A stretch of DNA of 64,000 nt from a virus (IMGVR_UViG_3300029288_000107:32001-96000), one strand, 5' to 3'; positions 17,593 through 27,669 are shown, counted from the stretch's first letter. The notes: a model not told the origin generated them from the sequence alone. Made by a program: numbers and translations.

Positions 17593-19314
17593 ATGGCCAA
17601 GTGGACCGATCGGGTGCGTTCGTGGTGGCGGGGCCGCGGCAGCAGCGATGAGCTGGCTGAGGTGGCGCGCGGCGTAGGGCAGGGCAGCCCGGACGCGCTG
17701 CGTGTGCTGCCGCCGGACGCGGGGCCGGTAGTCACGCCCATGCTGCACGCGGATGGCCTCACGGACGGCATGGGGGCCATGCTCAGCGTGGGCACCGACC
17801 TACTGAGCAAATACATCGACATCGAATTGATGGACGAGTACCCTCCTCTGAGCGCGACCCTCGACGTCTACGCCGATGACGCCACGGTGCAGGACGTGCA
17901 GCGGGGCCACACTATCTGGGCCACCGGCAACGAGAAGCTGGCCCGGGACCTCGCGAACGACATGCTGTACCGCATCTTGCGCATCGACGACGACGCGTGG
18001 GGGGCCATGCGGACGATGGTCAAGTACGGAAATACCCCGGCAGAGATCGTGGCAAACGAGCGCGGCGTTCTGGGTCTCAACTTCCTGCCGCCCGCGTCGG
18101 TGCGCAAGGTGCTGGACCACAAGGGGGCGGTGGTCGGCTACGTGCAATCGGTGAGCGCGGCGGGCTTCGCGGCGGTGACCAGCGAGAGCTTCCCCAAGTT
18201 GCTGAAGGAGCGGGCGGCGGGCCCCAACAAGGACGGGGTGGTGGTGTTCGCGCCGTGGGAGGTCGTGTGGTGGCAGATGCCCGCCAAGCAGAGCCGGGCG
18301 CCGTACGGGGAGTCGGTGCTGAGCGCGGCGCGCTGGGCCTGGAAGCGGCTCATCATGCTGGAGGACGCCGCGGTGCAGATGCGGCTTACGAAGGCGCCTT
18401 CGAGATATGCAGTATATGTGGAATGTGGCCACATGCCGCCGAACCAGCAGTTGGCCTACCTGCGCAACGTCAAGAACCAGTGGAAGAAGCGAAAGGTGGT
18501 AGACCCGTCCACGGGGCAGCTCGATTTCCGGCCGAATCCTGCCGGGCTCGACGAGGACCTGTTCATCCCGGTGGTGGACGGGCGCGAGGCGACGCGGGTC
18601 GACGTGCTGAACGGCATCGACTTCAACATCATCGACGATCTGGAGTACTTCCGGGGGCAGATGATGAGCGCGACTCACGTGCCGAAGTCGTACATCTTCC
18701 AGACCGATGAGGTCACGCGTGCAAGTTTGTCACAATCCGATGTGATGTTCGCGCGGACGGCCATGCGGGTGCAGCGCCAGTTCATGGCGGGGATTCGGCA
18801 GGTGCAGCGGCTGCACTTCGCGCTGTTGGGGGTGGACCCGGACCAGGTGGAGTTGGACTTCGACATGACCGTGCCGTCGAGTGTGCTGGAGATGTCGCAG
18901 ATCGAGTCGGGCAACGCGCGGGCCGCGCTGGCGGCGGCGGTGGCCGACTTCTACGATCGCAAGACCATCCTGACGGAGGTGCTGGGCAAGAGCGAGGCGG
19001 AGGCCGAGACCATCATGCGGGCGCGCAAGAACGACTACGCCAACCAGGTCAGTCTGGAGGCGGCTGGGCAGCAGGCCATGATGGGCGGGGAGGCTGCGTT
19101 CGGGGGCGAGGCGGGCGCTGAGGGCGGCGCGCTGCCCACGCTGCCAGGCGAGGAGGCAGAGGGCGAGGAGGCGGCGGCCACGGAGGCGCTCCGGAAGCGG
19201 CTGGACAGGTTGGTGGAGGACGTGGAGCACTTGAACGGGGCGGTGCGGCGCACGGAGGATAACGTGCGGCGCCTGCCGCGGGTGCTGGCGCGATCGGCGC
19301 GGGGCCGGGGCTAG
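17593..19314 (+). CDS. portal protein, T4 gp20-like
   Basis: PYGESVLSAAR, LIMLEDA, EDLFIPV, IDDLEYF motifs. Confidence 0.92.
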   Translation: MAKWTDRVRSWWRGRGSSDELAEVARGVGQGSPDALRVLPPDAGPVVTPMLHADGLTDGMGAMLSVGTDLLSKYIDIELMDEYPPLSATLDVYADDATVQDVQRGHTIWATGNEKLARDLANDMLYRILRIDDDAWGAMRTMVKYGNTPAEIVANERGVLGLNFLPPASVRKVLDHKGAVVGYVQSVSAAGFAAVTSESFPKLLKERAAGPNKDGVVVFAPWEVVWWQMPAKQSRAPYGESVLSAARWAWKRLIMLEDAAVQMRLTKAPSRYAVYVECGHMPPNQQLAYLRNVKNQWKKRKVVDPSTGQLDFRPNPAGLDEDLFIPVVDGREATRVDVLNGIDFNIIDDLEYFRGQMMSATHVPKSYIFQTDEVTRASLSQSDVMFARTAMRVQRQFMAGIRQVQRLHFALLGVDPDQVELDFDMTVPSSVLEMSQIESGNARAALAAAVADFYDRKTILTEVLGKSEAEAETIMRARKNDYANQVSLEAAGQQAMMGGEAAFGGEAGAEGGALPTLPGEEAEGEEAAATEALRKRLDRLVEDVEHLNGAVRRTEDNVRRLPRVLARSARGRG

Positions 19315-19317
19315 ACC

Positions 19318-20049
19318 ATGGGGCTCCGGGCGCTGCTGGCCGTGGTGGAGGCCACCTACGCGCGTGACGCGAGCGTGCGTGAGCAAGCGGAGCGCTTCTA
19401 CAAGGACCTGTACGACTATCTGAACGTGGAGAAGGACGTGCTGGAGCGGCGGCTCACGCCGGGCAAGAACGGCGTGTTCAGCGTCATGGCGCGGGCCTTC
19501 ACGGACGTGGGGCCCGCGAACCTGATCGTGGTGTTCGCCACGTCGGTGGGTGGGCGCAAGGGTGGCACGGGGAAGCTGGGCCATATGGACGCGATGGTGA
19601 TCAACGCGTTGCTGGCACCGGGGGATCTGGCACACCTACAAAGCCGTGTGCAGAAGAACGTTGTGGTTCACGAGATGGTTCACATCCTGGACCCGGGGCG
19701 TCGCAAGGGCCAGATGAGCGCGAAGGCGGTGGAGCGCGGCGACGTGGCGGGCTACTACAACGAGCCCGGCGAGTGGAACGCGTACTGGCAGGAGGGGGCG
19801 TCGCAGCTGGAGCGGATGCTGCGCACGCTGACCAACAATGCCGGTCTGGATCCGGACTCGCGGTCGAAGGCGTTGGACTTCATGTTCGGGGACGGGAGCC
19901 TGCGATCCTTGCAGGGCAAGGTGGAGCGGTTCTGGGACGTTGACTTCCTGGACGCGATGGACGCCAAGGTGCGGCGCAAGTTCGACAAGCGGCTGGCGGC
20001 GCTGTGGGCCGCGTTGCGCGAGCAGGGGATGCTGCGGGGCGCGCCATGA
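19318..20049 (+). CDS. HExxH zinc-metallopeptidase-like protein with head-targeting-like leader
   Basis: HEMVH followed by YYNEPGEWNAY; N-terminus MGLRALLAVVEA. Confidence 0.65.
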   Translation: MGLRALLAVVEATYARDASVREQAERFYKDLYDYLNVEKDVLERRLTPGKNGVFSVMARAFTDVGPANLIVVFATSVGGRKGGTGKLGHMDAMVINALLAPGDLAHLQSRVQKNVVVHEMVHILDPGRRKGQMSAKAVERGDVAGYYNEPGEWNAYWQEGASQLERMLRTLTNNAGLDPDSRSKALDFMFGDGSLRSLQGKVERFWDVDFLDAMDAKVRRKFDKRLAALWAALREQGMLRGAP

Positions 20050-20777
20050 GTCTGCGCGGCCTTGCTCAACTGTTGGAGGGATCGACGGCTTCGCCCGAGG
20101 TGGAGGCCCTCGTCACGGAGATGATGCCGGTGCTGTCGCGGGGGCTGCCGCGGCCGATCATCCGCATGGTGGAGAAGCTGGGGGTGAAGTGGCTGGGTGA
20201 GTGCCGGTACAAGGTGGGCGACGCCACCACGACCATCTCCGTGCAGCGGTTCGTGGCTGGGGATGAGCCGACGCTGCGGCGCGTGATCGCGCACGAGTTG
20301 TGCCACCACGAGGACTTGTTGGCGGGGTGGGATGAAGCGGCGGCGAAGGGCTGGTCAACCGAGACCTTCCTCATGGATCGCAAGATTGAGAGCAAGGGGC
20401 ACGGGCCCGAGTGGCAGGCCATCGCGGCGGAGTTCAACCATCGGTACGGTGCGGGCTTCGTGACGCCCAAGAGCGACGAAAGCTACGCCAAGCAGTCGGC
20501 CACGCGGGACGCGCTGCTGTTGCTGTGGCAGAACGGGGCGCGTCTCATGTGGGCGGTCAGCGTGCGGCCCAGCGCGCGGCAGCGAGCGTACATCGAAAAG
20601 AAGCTGGGCGGCATCGACGGCCCGAGTATGCGGCTGGTGGCGACGCGCGACGTGGATCTGATACAGGGCGGCCCGCGGCCGGGTGATGGGTTCGCGTACT
20701 CCCACGACGTGCGGGTCAACGAGAAGCTGCTGCGGGCGTGGGAGGACGGGAAGAGGGTAGATCTGGCCGATGTGTAG
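20046..20777 (+). CDS. SprT-like zinc metalloprotease with leader
   Basis: IAHELCH and GHGPEW; N-terminus MSLRGLAQLLEG. Confidence 0.75.
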   Translation: MSLRGLAQLLEGSTASPEVEALVTEMMPVLSRGLPRPIIRMVEKLGVKWLGECRYKVGDATTTISVQRFVAGDEPTLRRVIAHELCHHEDLLAGWDEAAAKGWSTETFLMDRKIESKGHGPEWQAIAAEFNHRYGAGFVTPKSDESYAKQSATRDALLLLWQNGARLMWAVSVRPSARQRAYIEKKLGGIDGPSMRLVATRDVDLIQGGPRPGDGFAYSHDVRVNEKLLRAWEDGKRVDLADV

Positions 20778-20787
20778 GAGGCGTGAC

Positions 20788-21321
20788 ATGAGCTTGAGGG
20801 AATTGCGGCGGGACGTCGAGGAGCGGGCGCTGGACGAGGGGCTGGTGGGCAGCATCCTGCGCGGGGCCGGGCGGATCCTCGCGGCGCCGTTCGGCTCGGT
20901 AGCGAGGTCGGCGGAGGCGGCGGCCAAGCGGGCCAAGAACGCCAAGGCGAAGGGCAAGGTGGCAGCGAAGCCGGGGACGAAGGCGAAGCCGAAGGCGGGA
21001 CAGAAGGCGTCGGGGCAGCCCAAGGGGGCTCCCAAGCTGCCAGCGAAGGGCAAGAAGAAGGCGGCTGCCGGGGCGGTGCGGTCGCTGCGACGTGCCTCCA
21101 CGACGCAGTTGGAGCGCACGGCGAAGCGGGCGAAGAACCCGCAGATGCGGGTGGCGGCCAAGCGGGAGCTGGCGCGGCGCAAGGCGGGGCGGGGCAAGCA
21201 GGCGGTAGTCGCGAAGTCGGGGACGCAGGCGAAGCCGAAGCCGAAGGCGGGGCCGAGCCTCGCGAGCCGGGTGCGCGGCGCGCTGGCGGGCGCCAAGACG
21301 GGCTGGAAGGGGTCGCGCTGA
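20788..21321 (+). CDS. Lys/Ala/Arg-rich histone-like protein with leader
   Basis: MSLRELRRDVEERALDEG, then a very basic low-complexity body. Confidence 0.7.
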   Translation: MSLRELRRDVEERALDEGLVGSILRGAGRILAAPFGSVARSAEAAAKRAKNAKAKGKVAAKPGTKAKPKAGQKASGQPKGAPKLPAKGKKKAAAGAVRSLRRASTTQLERTAKRAKNPQMRVAAKRELARRKAGRGKQAVVAKSGTQAKPKPKAGPSLASRVRGALAGAKTGWKGSR

Positions 21322-22178
21322 TGGGGCTGCGGGCCATCCGAGATCGGGCACGGGGCGGCTACCTCGCGGAGGCGCGCGGGGCGGTGGCGGTGGACGTGGC
21401 GGCCTACGCGCGGGACCTCAAGAGCTACGTGTCGCAGTTGAGCATGGGGGCCGAGCGGACGAAGCAACGGTACGACGCGGGCGATCCCGACGTGCGCGAG
21501 CGCTACAAGAACTACGCACCCAGTGGCTACCCGTGGAAGGACGCGCGCATTGACGTGGCAGATCGCGTGCGCGAGACCAAGCGCAACATGGAGGGCGTGG
21601 CGCGGCAGATCGCGGCGGCCGTGGGGCGTGTGGAGGTGTGGTCGGGAACGCCGTTGATGGTTCGGCCGAACTACAGATACAGCGAGAATCATTGGGGCGC
21701 GGAGATGCGGCCGGAGGGGGCGCCGACGGACGCCACGGTGGACTTCGTGGGGGGGCGCAACGCGCCGGGGTTCACGCTGTTCTCGGACGGGACCGTGGAC
21801 GACGTGCTGGACGCGGGGGATCGCGACTTCTTCACGGACCCGGCGGTGGAGGCGGACTACTTCGCGCTGGTGAGCGAGCTGCGCAGTCCGGGCAGCACGG
21901 CGCGGACGGGCAAGGTGGTCACGCTGTTCACGGCGCGGCCGCGCAAGGATCGGGCCCAGTACGACGGGGCTAAGGCGATCCCGCACGGCATCTTCCTGAC
22001 CACGGGAGAGGACCGCGCGTACCGGTTGGGCATGGATCTGGGCGGCGAGCGCGACGTGTACCGGGTGCGCATCGACAGTCGGCACTTGGTGCAGACCTTG
22101 GACGCGGGCGGCGTGCGCGAGTACCAGGCGGTGGGGCGCGGCACGGTGCCAGTGGTGTCGATCGATCTGGTCGCGTGA
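21321..22178 (+). CDS. putative internal head protein; C-terminus possibly ADP-ribosyltransferase-like
   Basis: leader MGLRAIR...YLAEA; C-terminal VTLF...GIFLT...A...VYRV...EY pattern. Confidence 0.5.
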   Translation: MGLRAIRDRARGGYLAEARGAVAVDVAAYARDLKSYVSQLSMGAERTKQRYDAGDPDVRERYKNYAPSGYPWKDARIDVADRVRETKRNMEGVARQIAAAVGRVEVWSGTPLMVRPNYRYSENHWGAEMRPEGAPTDATVDFVGGRNAPGFTLFSDGTVDDVLDAGDRDFFTDPAVEADYFALVSELRSPGSTARTGKVVTLFTARPRKDRAQYDGAKAIPHGIFLTTGEDRAYRLGMDLGGERDVYRVRIDSRHLVQTLDAGGVREYQAVGRGTVPVVSIDLVA

Positions 22179-22191
22179 GAAGGAGGAAGAG

Positions 22192-23052
22192 ATGGGATTC
22201 GTACGGAAGGCAGACATCGAACGGCACCGGGCTGGGTGCCTGGAGGCGCGGGTGGCGGCGGTGCGAGAGGCGGCCGAGCGGGCACTGGGCACGGAGATCG
22301 AGGTGATCGCGACGCACGCGGACCACGCCATCGTGCGGGCGGGCAGCGCCGTGAAGCGGCTGACCTACAGCCTCGCGGAGAGCGGCGGCCTCGCGGGCGG
22401 CGTGGCGGTGGAGGACGCGGACATGGCGGCATTGGAGGGGATGGATCTGGACGCGGCGGTGGCGGAGGATCTGCGGGGCGTTGTGGCGGCCATGCTGGCG
22501 GGGCAGGCACTGCCGCGCACGCGCGTGCGTGACCTGTCGCGCATGGCGCGGCGGGATGGCGCGTACTGGCTGGGCGAGGCCGTGGCGGGGTGCGCGCGGG
22601 TCGAGGCGCCGTGGCGGAACTGGTTCGCGCCGCAGTCGGCGACGGTGCGGGAAGCGCTGCACGGGCGCATCCGGGAGATCGAGGAGCCGGTGCCGCGCCA
22701 GCGCTTCGGCAAGCTGCCGGAGGGCAAGCTGCCGGAGTACGCGGGCGAGCTGCGGGAGGGGCTGGCCGCGCTGCGCGTGGTGGCCCGGGGGCTGTTTGAC
22801 GATTTAACGGACGATGTGGCATACCAAGAGGCGGGATTGGCGGCCGTGCACCAATCGCTGCGCGATGAGGCCAGCACCATGGATCGGGGGTTGGCGTGGT
22901 TGGAGCGGATGGCGTGGGCGGGCAGGGAAGGCGTGGTGGCGACGGCTCACGATCAGATCGCAGCGACGCTGCGGGACGCGCTGGTGGTGCGGGAGCACTT
23001 GCGAACGAGAAGGAGCACGGACCATGGAGAGGAAAGTTCAGCCGCTGAGTGA
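22192..23052 (+). CDS. hypothetical head morphogenesis protein
   Basis: strong RBS; lies between portal and protease. Confidence 0.6.
   Translation: MGFVRKADIERHRAGCLEARVAAVREAAERALGTEIEVIATHADHAIVRAGSAVKRLTYSLAESGGLAGGVAVEDADMAALEGMDLDAAVAEDLRGVVAAMLAGQALPRTRVRDLSRMARRDGAYWLGEAVAGCARVEAPWRNWFAPQSATVREALHGRIREIEEPVPRQRFGKLPEGKLPEYAGELREGLAALRVVARGLFDDLTDDVAYQEAGLAAVHQSLRDEASTMDRGLAWLERMAWAGREGVVATAHDQIAATLRDALVVREHLRTRRSTDHGEESSAAE
22517..22528. repeat. palindrome copy 6 (in CDS)
   Basis: exact 12-mer. Confidence 0.9.
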
Positions 23053-24094
23053 GGACCTGACCGGGCTCGGGTTCACCGACCGGACGCCGGGGGGCGCGCA
23101 GGCGTTCGCGGGGATGATCGATCTCATCCCCGGGGCGTTCGAGCCCACGGGGGCAGCCGGAGCGCCCGCGGCGCCCGCGGCGCCGATGACGGAGGACGCA
23201 GCGCCTGGCGCGGACGCGGCCGACCCCATCGACGGGCCGGTCGTGTCGGAGCAGACGCTGGAGTGCGTCGGCGCCATCCTCGCGCACGCTCCCCTCACGG
23301 AGGACACCGAGATCGACCTGGAGGCCATGGACCCCGAGAAGCTGGAGCAGATGGGTGAGGCCATCGAGCAGCGGCTGCGCGATCTCCAGCAGGTGGTCGA
23401 CGAGATGGCCGACAAGGAGGTCCCGGCGGAGCTGGAGGAGCGCACCAGCGAGATCATGGGGCGCGTGATCACCGAGATCAAGATGCTGCGCATCCTCGGC
23501 GGCAAGGTGACCCGCGTCCTCAAGCGCATCGGCTCTGCGGCGATCAAGGCGCACCGCAAGGCCAAGATGTACTACAAGAAGAAGAAGGCCCATGTGAAGC
23601 AGCTCCGGAAGAAGGCGGGTCGCAAGGCGAAGACCAAGATCATGGCCGCCAAGACGGCGCGCAAGCGGCTCAGCATGGGGCTCAAGAGCATCGCCAAGAA
23701 GGCGGGCGGGGCCATCAAGGGCGCGCTGAGCAAGGTCCGGAAGGCCAAGGGCGGCGGCGGCCTCGTGGCGCACGAGAGCGATCTCGCGGCGCGGCTGTCG
23801 GCCCTGCTGGACGAGGGGCACCGCGAGGATCGCAGCGAGGCGCAGCGCGAGCGCGACGACCTCGTGGAGTGCATCGGCAACGTGCTGACGCTCATCGAGT
23901 GGATCACGCAGGACGACGAGGCGGTCGGCCTCATGGCCGAGGAGTACGAGCGCATCGCGGACGAGTTCTGCGCGGGCGCGCTGAACGAGGCCAAGACGGA
24001 CGAGGCGGCCTTCATCGGGCGCGTGACGCCGATCGTGCGGGCCATCGGGGCCTGCGTGGAGGAGCTGGAAAAAAACTTGGGCCGCTCCGCGTAG
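23024..24094 (+). CDS. putative prohead core protein (acidic-basic-acidic); -1 frameshift could extend it to 24291
   Basis: AGGAG RBS; many L/M-x-E sites; Lys-rich centre; slippery A AAA AAC at 24070-24076. Confidence 0.65.
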   Translation: MERKVQPLSEDLTGLGFTDRTPGGAQAFAGMIDLIPGAFEPTGAAGAPAAPAAPMTEDAAPGADAADPIDGPVVSEQTLECVGAILAHAPLTEDTEIDLEAMDPEKLEQMGEAIEQRLRDLQQVVDEMADKEVPAELEERTSEIMGRVITEIKMLRILGGKVTRVLKRIGSAAIKAHRKAKMYYKKKKAHVKQLRKKAGRKAKTKIMAAKTARKRLSMGLKSIAKKAGGAIKGALSKVRKAKGGGGLVAHESDLAARLSALLDEGHREDRSEAQRERDDLVECIGNVLTLIEWITQDDEAVGLMAEEYERIADEFCAGALNEAKTDEAAFIGRVTPIVRAIGACVEELEKNLGRSA

Positions 24095-24300
24095 CGCAGG
24101 AGGCGCGGGGCTCCGGTTGGGCGCGGACCCGGTCGGAGCGCCGTCGCCGTATCGGTGCGGAAGCGGGGCTGGCGCAGGTGAGACCGGAGGGGTGCAAGAC
24201 GCGGCGCAAGGTGGGCCGCGCCGCCCGGTGGCGGGAGCTGCGGAACCCGATCGCGCGGTCCGAGTTCAAGTTCCACCGGCGTAAGGGGTGAGGAGAACCG

Positions 24301-25941
24301 ATGGGCTGGCTTTTCGAGATGATCCCGACCGGGCTGACGTTGACGGAGGCGGCGGGCGGCAAGCTCACGGCGCGGGGGCTGTTCGGCATCTGCGGCGTGC
24401 CCACGGCGAACGGCCGCATCTACCCGAAGAAGCTGGTGGAGCGGGAGATCGGGCGGCTTGGAGAGCGCATGAAGAACCGGCAGGTGCTGATGCAGCTCGA
24501 TCATCCTTCTGACGGAAAAGCATCGCTGTTGCAAGCGGCGGCGCTGCTCACCGGATTGGACCTCGACGGCGACAACGTCATGGGCGAGGCGGAGATCCTC
24601 GGCACGCCCAACGGCAAGATCCTGCGGGCGCTCATCGAGGCGCAGGTGAAGGTGGGCGTGAGCAGCCGGGGTTTCGGCAGCACCAAGGCTACCAACGAGG
24701 GCGAGGAGGTCGGCGAGGACTTCGCGCTGGCGAGCTACGACTTCGTGGCGGACCCCAGCGTGCGGACCGCGCTTCCCAAGTTCTACGCGGAGAGCGTGGA
24801 GGCGCCCGCCGAGGAGGCGCCGCTGGAGCTGTTCCAGCGGGAGTTCCCGGAGGCGTTCGCGCAGTTGACGGAGGCGGCGACCCGGGACGCGGTGGCGCGG
24901 GCGCAGGAGCAGACGGCGGCCATCATTGCGAAGGCGGTCGAGACGGAACGCACGCGCGTGCGAGACGAGATGACGGAGGCGTTCGAGCACCAGCTGCGGG
25001 ACGCCGTGGTTGGCTTGCGTGAGGATTTGGAGCGCGATCTGCGCGAGGAGTACGAGCGGGACCCGGCGGTGGCGGGGGCCCGGGCGGCGCTGGCGCAGGT
25101 GGTGGAGATGATCCGGCCGTACCAGCAGGCGCCGGACGCCGACGCGGTGCGGGACGCGCTGCGGGCGCGGGAGCTGGAGCTGGCCACGGCGCATGAGGCG
25201 ACGGCGCAGGCGGAGGAGCGGGCGGCGCGGTCGGACCGGCTGCTCGCGCTGGAGACCAAGCTGGCGGGGCACCCGCTGGCGGATCCGCTGCGCAAGGTGC
25301 TGGCGCCGGTGGTGGCGCGCGAGCGCGATGAGGGGCTGGCCGGGCGGCTGGACGACCTCATTGCGGAGGCGGCCGACATGGTCCCGGCGAGCGAGGTGGA
25401 GGCGCGGGCGGCCGAGCGCATCGCGCTCACCGAGGCGCAGGATCTGATCAAGGAGAACGAGCAGAAACGGTCCCAACTGGCGGAACGGGTGGACGAGTTG
25501 AAGGCCAAGTTGGTCGAAGCGGTGAAGCTGGGGCAGGAAGCGGACGGGCTGCGGGCGGAGGCCGAGCAGCGCGCGGAGGAGGCGGAAGCCAAGCTCGACG
25601 AGGGCGAGGCGGAGGTCGACGAGCGCGAGCTGGCGGCATTCAAACGCGGTGCGGCGGCGATTCTGCCTGCGGGCGCACGGGCGCGCAAGCTCATCGAGGC
25701 GGCTGGCGACGAGGCCGAGGTGGAGCAGGTGCTGGTGGAGAGCAGGGCGCAAGCCATGGGTGACGGGGACTTGGAGCAGGCGCGGCAGGCGGTCCGGGGC
25801 CGAGGGATGGCACCGGGGGCGGCCGCGTTCCGGCTGGAGGAGGGGGCGTCGCGCGGTGGTGCGCGGGGCTCCGACGAGGTGGTCTCGGCCACGGGCCTGA
25901 CCGCCAACGACATGACCGCGCTACTAGGAGACGGTCAGTAG
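24301..25941 (+). CDS. prohead protease (T4 gp21-like) fused to coiled-coil scaffold
   Basis: NGRIYP, QLDHP, GTPNGKI, GVSSRGFGS, YDFVADPS; long Glu/Ala coiled coil. Confidence 0.93.
   Translation: MGWLFEMIPTGLTLTEAAGGKLTARGLFGICGVPTANGRIYPKKLVEREIGRLGERMKNRQVLMQLDHPSDGKASLLQAAALLTGLDLDGDNVMGEAEILGTPNGKILRALIEAQVKVGVSSRGFGSTKATNEGEEVGEDFALASYDFVADPSVRTALPKFYAESVEAPAEEAPLELFQREFPEAFAQLTEAATRDAVARAQEQTAAIIAKAVETERTRVRDEMTEAFEHQLRDAVVGLREDLERDLREEYERDPAVAGARAALAQVVEMIRPYQQAPDADAVRDALRARELELATAHEATAQAEERAARSDRLLALETKLAGHPLADPLRKVLAPVVARERDEGLAGRLDDLIAEAADMVPASEVEARAAERIALTEAQDLIKENEQKRSQLAERVDELKAKLVEAVKLGQEADGLRAEAEQRAEEAEAKLDEGEAEVDERELAAFKRGAAAILPAGARARKLIEAAGDEAEVEQVLVESRAQAMGDGDLEQARQAVRGRGMAPGAAAFRLEEGASRGGARGSDEVVSATGLTANDMTALLGDGQ
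24950..24961. repeat. palindrome copy 7 (in CDS)
   Basis: exact 12-mer. Confidence 0.9.
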
Positions 25942-25969
25942 CGGCACCAAGTCGCCGCAGGAGAGAACG

Positions 25970-27616
25970 ATGACGAACAGCAACGGAATGGAGGCCCGGA
26001 GCCTGCTGGAGCAGGCGGGCGGGCGCGGACAGGGCACCATGCTCGACGAGTCCTACAACGCGCAGGTCGTGCGCAAGTGGTCCGACATGGACGTGCAGGG
26101 CGGGAAGGTCAACTTCCTGCGCGACCTCGACCCGCAGCGGGCTAAGGTGGCGGCGCTGTGTCTGGAGAACCAGGCGCGGTTCCTGCGCAACCTCAACGAG
26201 GACACGCTTTCGACGAACAGCGGCAGCTTCCAGAAGTACATCTTCCCGGTCGTGCGCCGCCTGTTCCCGAACCTGATCCTCAACGACATCGCGACGGTGC
26301 AGCCCATGACGGGTCCGCAGGGCGCGATGTTCACGCTGGAGTACCGCTACGACGACCGCAAGGGCACCAAGCGTCCGTGGGGCGGCATCGCGTTGCAGCC
26401 GTACCAGATGGGGTACGAGGGCGCGCTGGCGGCGAGCGACGACGCGATCAAGAACTTCGCGAAGAACTACGCGAACGAGTACGTGGACTACGACGCGGTC
26501 TGCACCGACACCGGCGCGGCGCCCGCGACGCTGTCCAACACGGATCTCAACTGCCGCGTCCCGGCCTGGTGGCCGATCCGGGCCCCGGGAACCAGCGGGC
26601 AGCGCACCTTCGCCGTGACGGCGGTGTGCCGTGTGACGGACGCTGCGGTGCCGGTGGTCGGCGCCTACACCAGCATCAGCACCAAGGCGGCGGCGACGGC
26701 GGTCCTCACGGACCAGTACGCGCACGCGACGGGCACGCTGGACATCTCGACGGGCGCGTGGACGGTCAACGCGCTGCTCATCGCGGGCGGCGCCTCGACG
26801 TTCGTGGCGAACACGGTCATCTACCTCCAGTACTGGGTCAACAGCGAGTTGACCTACACGGTCACCGGCAACCGGCTCCAGCGCATGTCGCTGAACCTGA
26901 CCCGGCACGACATCGTGGCCGAGCCGTGGCGGCTCAGCGCGGCCTGGTCGCTGGACGCGGCGCAGGACCTGCGGGCGCAGCAGGGCATGGACCTCGAAGC
27001 CGAGATGGTGGCGGGCATCGCCAACGAGATCGGCTGCGAGATCGACCGCACCGGCATCGACATGATGATCAACGGCGCGGCGCACGCGGCGTCGTACGCC
27101 TACGCGGGCACCTGGCCGGGCGACATGGAGAAGATCCACACGGCGGTCACCTACATCGACGCGCTGAGCGCCGCCATCTCGAAGGCGGGCGGGCGCGGCC
27201 CGGCGACGTTCGTGGTGGCGGGGCCGGAGGCGTCGGCGCTGCTCGGGCAGCTCGGCGCGCACACCGACTGGGCGAGCAACATGCAGATGCAGCAGCCCGC
27301 GTCGCACGGCGACCGCAACACGAACTACCCGATCAAGCGGGTGGGCTCGATCAACGGGAAGTACACGCTGTACGAGAACCCGTGGCAGGACAGCACGAAG
27401 GTGCTGGTCGGCTACAAGGGCGGCTCGTGGCTGGACGCGGGCTTCGGCTACGCGCCGTACATCCCGCTCTACGCGACGGACACCTGGACCGATCCGGACA
27501 CCCTGATCCAGAAGAAGGGCATGGCCAGCCGCGGCGCGCTGAAGCTGCTCCGTTCGGAGTACTACGGCGTGCTCACGCTCACCGGCCTGCCGACCGTCAC
27601 GTCGACCCTCGCCTAG
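25970..27616 (+). CDS. major capsid protein, T4 gp23-like
   Basis: LENQ, PVVRR, VQPMTGP, WSLDAAQDL, EIDR, VGYKG, YAPYIPL. Confidence 0.95.
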   Translation: MTNSNGMEARSLLEQAGGRGQGTMLDESYNAQVVRKWSDMDVQGGKVNFLRDLDPQRAKVAALCLENQARFLRNLNEDTLSTNSGSFQKYIFPVVRRLFPNLILNDIATVQPMTGPQGAMFTLEYRYDDRKGTKRPWGGIALQPYQMGYEGALAASDDAIKNFAKNYANEYVDYDAVCTDTGAAPATLSNTDLNCRVPAWWPIRAPGTSGQRTFAVTAVCRVTDAAVPVVGAYTSISTKAAATAVLTDQYAHATGTLDISTGAWTVNALLIAGGASTFVANTVIYLQYWVNSELTYTVTGNRLQRMSLNLTRHDIVAEPWRLSAAWSLDAAQDLRAQQGMDLEAEMVAGIANEIGCEIDRTGIDMMINGAAHAASYAYAGTWPGDMEKIHTAVTYIDALSAAISKAGGRGPATFVVAGPEASALLGQLGAHTDWASNMQMQQPASHGDRNTNYPIKRVGSINGKYTLYENPWQDSTKVLVGYKGGSWLDAGFGYAPYIPLYATDTWTDPDTLIQKKGMASRGALKLLRSEYYGVLTLTGLPTVTSTLA

Positions 27617-27640
27617 TCCTGCGCTGATCAAGCGCCCTCC

Positions 27641-27669
27641 TTGAGATAAAGCGTCACGTATTGTACAGT
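27641..27669 (+). promoter_or_regulatory. sigma70-type promoter after the capsid gene
   Basis: TTGAGA-N17-TACAGT in an AT-rich gap bracketed by CCTTGA/TCAAGG. Confidence 0.55.

Noticed and set aside
27617-27640. GCGCT-GATCA-AGCGC hairpin as the capsid gene terminator
   Set aside because: Short stem and no clear U tract.
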